Source: an uncultured Treponema sp.
GTDB lineage: Bacteria; Spirochaetota; Spirochaetia; Treponematales; Treponemataceae
Length of the DNA: 38,144 nucleotides
NCBI GenBank assembly: GCA_946411215.1
Contig: CAMKDH010000001.1
Location: 1-38,144 of the forward strand
Direction of reading: 5' to 3'
Part shown: positions 20,095 to 26,785 of the stretch, one piece after another
Numbering within the stretch: position 1 is the first letter of the stretch
Layout: each line of letters begins with the position of its first letter
Notes under the pieces: generated by a model
What the model was told of the DNA's origin: nothing
Seen by the model: the letters and a program-made list of their open reading frames with translations, nothing else
Databases searched by the model: none
Made by a program: the position numbers and the translations under genes

Positions 20095-21726
20095 ATGATG
20101 AAGATAAGAAAATATATTTTTGGAGTACTCACATTCGGAATGCTTACCGCTGTGTTTGCGCAAAGTACTTCTGATGAAAGTCAGATTGAACTCCCTGATT
20201 TAACTACTGTTGTAAGTGGCGCAGAGGAACAGGAAAGCCTTGCACCTGCTCCAGATTTTGATGATGTTTTGGAGCTTCCGTTTAATTCTGGTGATGTTGT
20301 TCCCGCTCTTCCTACTGCTGCTGTTGGTGATGAAACTGATGTTGTAAATGCAACAAATGATGATATGCAAAAAGACATTTACGCAGAAGGAACAATCGGA
20401 GGCGGATATCCTGCAGCCTTTACCGGTGACTTTGAAATCTCACGACTTTATGGTGCAGATCCATTTAAGATTTCGTTTGCACATAATTCTGCTGCGGGTT
20501 TTGCGGGACACAATCTTGCAGACGGCTTTAGTAATCATTCAACTTTAATTGGTGTAGAAAAAGATTTTATCCGTAAATCACTTCGCTGGGGTTTTGCAGG
20601 TCGTTATGAAGATTTAGGAAACGGGCTTCAGAGCAAAACAGAAAGCATTTCTGCAAATAATCAGGATTCTGTAGGACTTTCTGCAAATGTATTATGGAAG
20701 CTCCCGAATGATTTTGAACTTGCTTTTAATGCGGGCAGTGAATTCTATTACCGCTTTGCAGATATCACAAAAAACAGTTCCGATACTTTTGAAGTTCCAG
20801 ACTGGATTCGAAATACTTCAAGAGTTACTGCAGATCCTGAATTGAAAATCTCATGGCTCCACGAAGGTTTTGAAGTTTCATTTGCTTCACAATACAATCT
20901 TGAAGCCTGGAATAAAGTTTCAAACCGCGGGGAGTTTGATCTTGGTTTTGCATGGCACAATGATAAGCTCAAGCTTTTTGCAGATGCGGGCGTTGTTGTA
21001 GGAAACTGCATTGGAAATAATCCTGTTATTCCACCATTCACACTTGGACTTGAAACAAATCTTCCTGTTTATTTTTCTGATAGAGAGTTAAACCTTACTT
21101 TGTGCGGTGGTCTCTTTTCTGAACGAAAAACTACAGCACAGTTAGAAAGAGAATTTTTATTCAGTGGAACAGAGCTTCTTACTTCAGAAACCTCAGACTG
21201 GTATGGAGAGTTAACACTTTTAGTTCCATTAAAGAGTTCTTTTACAGGAACAGTTGCGGCTGGTCTTTATCACACTGCATTCGAAAACGGAGTGTGGACA
21301 CCTGATTATGATGATGCATCAAAGCTTGTATCGGGCTTGTATACTTTCTCACAGAAAAACAGAAACGAGCTTTATACCGATTTTGCTTTCACCTGGAAAT
21401 ACAAGATTTTTGCGGCTACTGCAAAATATCATGCTTATTGGCTCGAAACTCCAGTTCTTGAAGATAAACACACAATCAGTGTAAACCTTGCTGTTCAAAG
21501 TCAAAAGGGTCTGTGGGGTGCAAGCTTAGATACAGCATATGTACTTGATTCATCAGACAAACCTGTAATCAGTCTGGAAGGATATGTGCAGGCATCTTCT
21601 GCCGTTCGCATTGTTCTTTCGGTTAATGATATGTTAAAATTGCTTGGTGCAGAGGAACGCCTGTATGCCGGACAGTATGTCTCAAACAGCGGAAATGCAT
21701 CTTTAGCCGTAAAATTCTTATTTTAG
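20095..21726 (+). CDS. Putative outer-membrane beta-barrel protein
   Basis: Signal peptide; alternating amphipathic strands with aromatic ends; C-terminal ASLAVKFLF resembling a BAM beta-signal; lies directly upstream of exbB/exbD/tonB-like genes. Confidence 0.65.
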   Translation: MMKIRKYIFGVLTFGMLTAVFAQSTSDESQIELPDLTTVVSGAEEQESLAPAPDFDDVLELPFNSGDVVPALPTAAVGDETDVVNATNDDMQKDIYAEGTIGGGYPAAFTGDFEISRLYGADPFKISFAHNSAAGFAGHNLADGFSNHSTLIGVEKDFIRKSLRWGFAGRYEDLGNGLQSKTESISANNQDSVGLSANVLWKLPNDFELAFNAGSEFYYRFADITKNSSDTFEVPDWIRNTSRVTADPELKISWLHEGFEVSFASQYNLEAWNKVSNRGEFDLGFAWHNDKLKLFADAGVVVGNCIGNNPVIPPFTLGLETNLPVYFSDRELNLTLCGGLFSERKTTAQLEREFLFSGTELLTSETSDWYGELTLLVPLKSSFTGTVAAGLYHTAFENGVWTPDYDDASKLVSGLYTFSQKNRNELYTDFAFTWKYKIFAATAKYHAYWLETPVLEDKHTISVNLAVQSQKGLWGASLDTAYVLDSSDKPVISLEGYVQASSAVRIVLSVNDMLKLLGAEERLYAGQYVSNSGNASLAVKFLF

Positions 21727-21753
21727 TGGTCCCTGAACTTTTCGAAGGGGACC
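21726..21753 (+). repeat. REP-like element family B, intergenic copy with GGTCCC/GGGACC stem
   Basis: GTGGTCCCTGAACTTTTCGAAGGGGACC between the barrel stop codon and the exbB SD. Confidence 0.65.
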
Positions 21754-21763
21754 TGGAGGACTT

Positions 21764-22375
21764 ATGATAGAAACTTTAAAATCTGGCGGACTTTTAATGA
21801 TTCCAATTATCATCTGCGGAATCATTGCAACTTTTATAATTATCGAGCGCTGCATTTATTTTGCAAACATCCGCAAAAAGGATGAAACACTTATTTCAAA
21901 TGTAAACGCTTCTCTTGCTGTAGGCGATTACGAAGCTTGTGGTGCTGCTTGTGCTCAGGCAGATACTCCAATGTCTCAGGTAATCAAAAAGGCAATAGAC
22001 AGCCGCCGATATGAAGAAAGCGATATTCGTGATCTTGTAGAAGCCGAGATGGATTTTGTAGTTCCACGCTTTGAACACTTTTTAACACCGCTTGGAACAA
22101 TTGCAAATATCGCAACTTTGCTTGGACTTTTGGGAACAGTAACAGGAAACATCAAAGCCTTTGGTGTACTTGGTGCTGGTGGTTCTATGGGAGATCCTGC
22201 GTTGCTCGCTGGTGCAATTGCCGAAGCACTTGTTACAACAGTTGCAGGTCTTATAGTTTCAATTCCATCGGTTATTTTCCATAACTATTTTGTTTCTCGC
22301 GTAAACCGCAGAATTGTTGAAATGGAAGCTCACGTAACTTCTATTGTATTAAAGCTTACAGGACGTATTAAATAA
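21764..22375 (+). CDS. exbB: MotA/TolQ/ExbB proton channel protein
   Basis: LGTIANIATLLGLLGTVTG and AIAEALVTTVAGLIVSIP motifs; SD GGAGG. Confidence 0.92.
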   Translation: MIETLKSGGLLMIPIIICGIIATFIIIERCIYFANIRKKDETLISNVNASLAVGDYEACGAACAQADTPMSQVIKKAIDSRRYEESDIRDLVEAEMDFVVPRFEHFLTPLGTIANIATLLGLLGTVTGNIKAFGVLGAGGSMGDPALLAGAIAEALVTTVAGLIVSIPSVIFHNYFVSRVNRRIVEMEAHVTSIVLKLTGRIK

Positions 22376-22797
22376 TGAGAATGAAAAGCAAGAGGGGTAG
22401 TATCCGCTCAAATGTAGATATGACCCCTATGATTGATATTGTATTTCAGCTGATTCTCTTTTTCCTTGTTTCTACAACTTTTGCAATTCTTCCTGGAATT
22501 AAATTGCGATTGCCTACAAGCCACACTTCTGAAGGCACTTCGTTCCAGGGAATTACAATCACTGCAGATGCAGACGGACTTTTGTTCTTTAATGAAAAAG
22601 AGGTTTCGCCTGATGATTTGAAAAAGGAGCTTGTTCTTTATGATACAGGCGACATGAAAAAGGAAGAGTTCCCTGTTTCTCTTGAGGCAGATTCAGAAGT
22701 AACAAATGGAACTATCGTAAAGATTTTTGATATTATCCGCGAAAGTGGTTATGCAGTAATAAACTTACGCACAGCCAGCGCAAAAAAGGAAAATTAA
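22375..22797 (+). CDS. exbD: ExbD/TolR biopolymer transport protein
   Basis: DMTPMIDIVFQLILFFLV with the conserved TM Asp; LEADSEV motif; TAATG coupling with exbB. Confidence 0.93.
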   Translation: MRMKSKRGSIRSNVDMTPMIDIVFQLILFFLVSTTFAILPGIKLRLPTSHTSEGTSFQGITITADADGLLFFNEKEVSPDDLKKELVLYDTGDMKKEEFPVSLEADSEVTNGTIVKIFDIIRESGYAVINLRTASAKKEN

Positions 22798-22803
22798 ATA
22801 ACT

Positions 22804-23907
22804 ATGATAAAGCAGCCTTTGTTTGGACAAGACAGTTCTCCTCATAAAACAAGCTTAATCTTAAGCCTGATTATTACAGGTGTAATATGGATTGTTTTTA
22901 CAATTTCAAGCTTCTTTATAAAATTTCCTTCGCACAAAAACGAATATAAAGTTGTTCAGATTGTCCTGGATACTGCAAAAAGTCCCGTGCCTCCTGAGGT
23001 CCAGGAACAGTCCGCCGCACCAGAACAAGCTCCTGCACCTGCTGAACAGTCCGTGGTCACTGAACAAGCACCCGTGGTCACTGAGCCTGTCGAAGTGCAA
23101 CCTTCAAAGCCCGTGGTTACCGAGCCAAAACCCGCTCAAAAATCACAGCCAAAAACAACTCCCGCTCCTGCTAAAAAAACAGAGCCTGTAAAAAAATCGG
23201 AACCCGCAGAAAAAGAATATACAAAAGTTCCTGAGTTTACAGAGTATGCCACAGACTATTCTGATTTTGACTTTAACAATGTGTCTACAAGTAAGCCAAA
23301 GGAATTTGACTGGTCTACATTTGACGACACCAGCTCCTCTTCAGAATCTGAGCCCGCAGTAAGCCAGAAGGTAGAAAAAGTAACTACTCAATCAGCAATG
23401 CAGGGTTCTGCCGCAAGTACATCAACATCAAATCAGCGTCAGACAAGCTCAAGTTCTACAACAACTACAAATAAAACAACTACAACAACATCAACTTCAA
23501 GCAGCACAAGCAGTGCCTTGAGTAATATAAAATCAGCATCGTATACCGCTTCTACCGGCGACAGCCTTAAAGCAATCACAAATGCTAAAACTTCAAAATC
23601 TTCCGATGGCCAGATAAGCATGCAGATGAAAGATGGTACAACTAGAGTTCTTCTTGATCCAATTACACCTGCAATAAGGCTTTCTGCACAGGCTGCTGCA
23701 TTAATCGACAGCGACAGAACTGTAAATATTGAATTCCGTGTATTGGTTAATGGAAACGTTCCTCGTGGTGAGATTAAAATTACGCCTGAATCTATTCTCC
23801 CTCAAAAAGTTCGCGAAGAAATCTATGATCAACTTTGCCAGTGGATTTTTGACGGCGGTTCTTCTGCTGCGTATGCCTCTTTTGAGTACACAATCGTAAA
23901 AAAATAG
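22804..23907 (+). CDS. TonB/TolA-like energy transducer
   Basis: N-terminal TM, Pro/Glu/Lys-rich then Ser/Thr-rich linker, C-terminal domain with VNIEFRVLVNGNV...QWIF resembling TonB_C; follows exbBD. Confidence 0.7.
   Translation: MIKQPLFGQDSSPHKTSLILSLIITGVIWIVFTISSFFIKFPSHKNEYKVVQIVLDTAKSPVPPEVQEQSAAPEQAPAPAEQSVVTEQAPVVTEPVEVQPSKPVVTEPKPAQKSQPKTTPAPAKKTEPVKKSEPAEKEYTKVPEFTEYATDYSDFDFNNVSTSKPKEFDWSTFDDTSSSSESEPAVSQKVEKVTTQSAMQGSAASTSTSNQRQTSSSSTTTTNKTTTTTSTSSSTSSALSNIKSASYTASTGDSLKAITNAKTSKSSDGQISMQMKDGTTRVLLDPITPAIRLSAQAAALIDSDRTVNIEFRVLVNGNVPRGEIKITPESILPQKVREEIYDQLCQWIFDGGSSAAYASFEYTIVKK
23074..23097 (+). repeat. REP-like element family B, intragenic copy (encodes VVTEPVEV)
   Basis: GTGGTCACTGAGCCTGTCGAAGTG; the two C>A and G>T differences from the 31703 copy are compensatory in the CCCT/AGGG (CACT/AGTG) pairing. 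Confidence 0.7.
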
Positions 23908-23932
23908 CAAATTTTCGTTAAAAAAGCCTAAT

Positions 23933-23952
23933 CTTGCACACTAGTATACAAG
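23933..23952. promoter_or_regulatory. Palindromic operator, GntR/FadR-family-like, upstream of uxuA
   Basis: CTTGCACACTAGTATACAAG; 16/20 positions match its reverse complement; centred on ACTAGT, just upstream of the -35. Confidence 0.65.
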
Positions 23953-23958
23953 TTTTTC

Positions 23959-23987
23959 TTGAGATTTTTGTCCCTTCGTGATATTAT
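23959..23987 (+). promoter_or_regulatory. Sigma70-type promoter of uxuA
   Basis: TTGAGA-17 nt-TATTAT with TGn extension; SD GGAG before ATG 24030. Confidence 0.7.
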
Positions 23988-24029
23988 AAAAATGAAGAGA
24001 AGATTCATTTTTTTTGGAGATATTTTACT

Positions 24030-25136
24030 ATGGAAATGACATTAAGATGGTACGGAACAGGTTTTGATTCAGTAACTTTACAGCAGATTCGTCAGGTGCC
24101 AGGTGTACACGGCGTTATTACTACTTTATATGATTCTGTTCCGGGAGATGCATGGGAGCTTGATGCCATTAAAAAACTTAAGGCCGAAGTTGAAGCAGCT
24201 GGTCTTAAAATTGCTGGTATTGAAAGTGTAAATATTCACGATGACATTAAAATTGGTGGCGGCGACCGCGATAAATATATAGAAAATTACATCAAAACTT
24301 TGGAAAGGTTGGGTCAGGAAGACATCCATATGGTTTGCTACAACTTTATGCCTGTTTTTGACTGGACCCGCAGCGAGCTTGCCCGTGTTTGCGAAGATGG
24401 TTCTACAGTTCTTGCGTATAATTCAACAGCAGTAGATGCAATCAAGCCGGAAGAAATGTTTAAGTCTATTGATAAAGATTCAAACGGTTTTATTCTTCCA
24501 GGTTGGGAACCAGAACGCATGGCCCGCGTAAAGGAATTGTTCGAGCTTTACAAAGATATCGATAACGAAAAGCTTTTTAATAATCTTGTATATTTCCTTA
24601 AAGCAATTATGCCTGTCTGCGACAAATACAATATTGATATGGCAATTCACCCTGATGATCCTGCATGGCCGGTTTTTGGTTTGCCACGTATTATTACATG
24701 TCAGGAAAATGTTGTTCGCATGCTCAAGGCTGTTGATAATCCTCACAACGGATTGACTTTCTGTACAGGTTCATACGGTACTAACCGCAAAAACGATCTT
24801 TGTGAAATGATTAAAGCAGCAACTGGCCGTATTCACTTTGCACATATCCGAAACCTCAAGTTCAATACTGCAATTGATGATCCAGTTCAGGACTTCCAGG
24901 AATCGGCACACTTGTCTTCTGCAGGCACTTTTGATATGTTCAAGATTGTGCGCACTCTCTACGAAACTGGCTTTGATGGAGTTATCCGTCCAGACCACGG
25001 CCGCATGATCTGGGGCGAAAAAGCCATGCCAGGCTACGGCCTCTACGACCGCGCTCTTGGTGCAACTTACCTCCAGGGCCTCTGGGAAGCCTGCGAAAAA
25101 ACAATCGACAGAAGCGGTGTGAAGTTGTATAGATAA
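24030..25136 (+). CDS. uxuA: Mannonate dehydratase
   Basis: MTLRWYG, CYNFMPVFDWTR, AIHPDDP, FCTGS, HFAHIRN, RPDHGR and PGYGLYDRALG motifs. Confidence 0.97.
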   Translation: MEMTLRWYGTGFDSVTLQQIRQVPGVHGVITTLYDSVPGDAWELDAIKKLKAEVEAAGLKIAGIESVNIHDDIKIGGGDRDKYIENYIKTLERLGQEDIHMVCYNFMPVFDWTRSELARVCEDGSTVLAYNSTAVDAIKPEEMFKSIDKDSNGFILPGWEPERMARVKELFELYKDIDNEKLFNNLVYFLKAIMPVCDKYNIDMAIHPDDPAWPVFGLPRIITCQENVVRMLKAVDNPHNGLTFCTGSYGTNRKNDLCEMIKAATGRIHFAHIRNLKFNTAIDDPVQDFQESAHLSSAGTFDMFKIVRTLYETGFDGVIRPDHGRMIWGEKAMPGYGLYDRALGATYLQGLWEACEKTIDRSGVKLYR

Positions 25137-25168
25137 TAGGCGCTGTTTACACGTTTAATTAAGAAATC

Positions 25169-25200
25169 AAAAAGGCTGCCCGTTTGGACAGTCTTTTGTT
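25169..25200. terminator. Probable bidirectional intrinsic terminator
   Basis: AAAAGGCTGCCC-GTTT-GGACAGTCTTTT imperfect stem with A and T tracts on either side, between convergent genes. Confidence 0.65.
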
Positions 25201-25425
25201 TTAGTTTTCATCTGGAAGTGTTCGTAATACGGCAAGCACTTGTTTGTTTGTTAATGCAACTACTTTGTTTCGGGATTCTTTCATTAAAAGAGGATAGCCG
25301 GACATTCGGCCTTTTGTGCCTGTTGAAAAACCAACATAAATATCAGATCCTTTGTAATTGGTCAAGAATCGCGCAGAGGATCTTCCATGATCTTTTGAAA
25401 AATCAATAAAATTGTTCAATGTCAT
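25201..25425 (-). CDS. Small hypothetical protein, putative immunity/antitoxin partner of the upstream papain-fold toxin
   Basis: 74 aa; ATGA overlap with the toxin stop codon; ends right at the terminator. Function is inferred from position only. Confidence 0.6.
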   Translation of the reverse strand: MTLNNFIDFSKDHGRSSARFLTNYKGSDIYVGFSTGTKGRMSGYPLLMKESRNKVVALTNKQVLAVLRTLPDEN

Positions 25426-26006
25426 TTTCTTGCCTCCAACATATAATCTACCACAGCCTTATTCAAAAAGCAATTAGAAAGATTTAATAATTTGATTGTA
25501 CCTAGTCTAACTCTATAAAGAAAATTTCTAATTCTGCTTGTTTGGAACAGTTCATTTGTTTGTGGGTCATACATAAAAAGTTGGTCTTGGTTTTTAAAAA
25601 TAACCATTATATGGCCATCTGGAGTTAAATCTTTCCAATAAAACTCAATGCTATAAAATACATCATTTTCTAGAAAATTGGTAAACCATGAAAGTAATCT
25701 TGGCATATATTTTTCTTTTGGCTTTATATATTCTGGAAAAACACCGGTATTTTTATCAATTAGTCCAAAATTTGTATTTTCAGAAACCTGGAACATTATT
25801 TCATTTGTTTCATCATACGGTTTTGCCTGTACATTGAATCCATCTAAACGGGCTTTAAAACATAAAACACAAGCGGGACAATTACCAGCGGTGGCTGTAT
25901 GTGAAACATAATCTGGATTAACATTTCCGCTATCTGCCTGGGAAAAGGTCATGGAAGCCCCCTTTTTTACCCCAGCAATTTCATCTGTTACTATTTCTAT
26001 TGTCAC
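25422..26006 (-). CDS. Papain-fold toxin domain protein (Tox-PL / glutamine-deamidase-like)
   Basis: NCPAC...ARLDGFNVQAKP, DGHIM and YDPQT give the NC-H-DxQ pattern of papain-fold polymorphic toxins; GTG start with AAAGGG upstream. Confidence 0.72.
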   Translation of the reverse strand: MTIEIVTDEIAGVKKGASMTFSQADSGNVNPDYVSHTATAGNCPACVLCFKARLDGFNVQAKPYDETNEIMFQVSENTNFGLIDKNTGVFPEYIKPKEKYMPRLLSWFTNFLENDVFYSIEFYWKDLTPDGHIMVIFKNQDQLFMYDPQTNELFQTSRIRNFLYRVRLGTIKLLNLSNCFLNKAVVDYMLEARK

Positions 26007-26021
26007 TACTATTTGCCCTTT

Positions 26022-26558
26022 TTACCACATCAAATGCAGCCCTGTCTCCTCGTACTTTCGGAACTTTTTTTCCATGCTGATTAGAGTAAGGTTACTACGG
26101 ATAGCCTGTTGTACAAGCATTAAATCATATGGAGGATTCTCGTTTGTAGTTTGTGAGATTTGGGTACTACTTACATAATCGTATGGTTCTGGTGTCAGAA
26201 ACTTGAGGTTATATTGTTCTGCGATGTGGGGTAGATGCATCACATTTATTGGTCCTAAATCAATAACTTTGCTTTGAACCTTTGTTGCAATCTCCCAAAA
26301 AGAAATTGGGCTTATGTAAATTTCTTCTTCGTTATTTATAATTTCCATTACTCTCTTTGAGATTTTATTCGTATTCAATAATAACGAAACAAAAATATCG
26401 GTCCCAATTAAATATTTTACTGTTTCCTCTATACGCTTAAATACCGCTACCGGTTTCCGTGCCCGCCCGTATAAAATCTGAACTTCTTCACCTTGCAAAA
26501 CCTTTTCAAGTATCGAAGAAAACTGTGCCTTAAATTCACCAACTGTCATCTGTATCAT
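26022..26558 (-). CDS. In-frame fusion of a Phd/YefM-type antitoxin DNA-binding domain and a VapC/PIN domain with altered active site
   Basis: aa 1-43 MTVGEFKAQFSSILEKVLQGEEVQI..RKPVA is Phd-like; aa 47-178 KYLIGTDIF..ISPISFWEIATK..PYDLMLVQQA..LTLISME..F is PIN-like. Confidence 0.82.
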   Translation of the reverse strand: MIQMTVGEFKAQFSSILEKVLQGEEVQILYGRARKPVAVFKRIEETVKYLIGTDIFVSLLLNTNKISKRVMEIINNEEEIYISPISFWEIATKVQSKVIDLGPINVMHLPHIAEQYNLKFLTPEPYDYVSSTQISQTTNENPPYDLMLVQQAIRSNLTLISMEKKFRKYEETGLHLMW

Positions 26559-26593
26559 AAGTTTATGATATGATTAACTTGTCAAGTTGTCAA
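26553..26593 (-). promoter_or_regulatory. Leaderless-type promoter with two overlapping palindromic operators
   Basis: Minus strand TTGACA-17 nt-TATCAT-6 nt-ATG(26558); palindromes TATCATAA-N2-TTATGATA (26553-26570) and AACTTG-T-CAAGTT (26576-26588). Confidence 0.8.
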
Positions 26594-26652
26594 GATAAGT
26601 AACAATGCTACAACCTTGCAGTCTCTGTGAATCGTACAAAATATTTAAACAA

Positions 26653-26681
26653 TGTCATTGTCGGGCTTGACCCGGCAATCT
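26653..26681. repeat. REP-like palindromic element, family A, copy 2
   Basis: TGTCATTGTCGGGCTTGACCCGGCAATCT; 27/29 identical to 755-783. Confidence 0.8.
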
Positions 26682-26717
26682 ATCTCCTCTATTAATCCTT
26701 CTCCAAGTATATTGAAT

Positions 26718-26746
26718 TTGACAATTCCTAATTGCTAAAATATTAT
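26718..26746 (+). promoter_or_regulatory. Sigma70-type promoter of the lipoprotein gene
   Basis: TTGACA-17 nt-TATTAT; SD GAGGTG before ATG 26786. Confidence 0.75.
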
Positions 26747-26785
26747 ATTATAGATAATAACCGTGATATTTTTGCGAGGTGATAT

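Noticed and set aside
21764-23907. Calling the cluster tolQRA or flagellar motAB
   Set aside because: No tolB or pal nearby and no OmpA-like peptidoglycan-binding domain in the second gene; exbB/exbD labels are family-level only.
26022-26558. Two separate TA genes merged by a frameshift error
   Set aside because: A single frameshift would not remove the antitoxin tail, the PIN start codon and the first catalytic Asp together; still worth confirming with reads.
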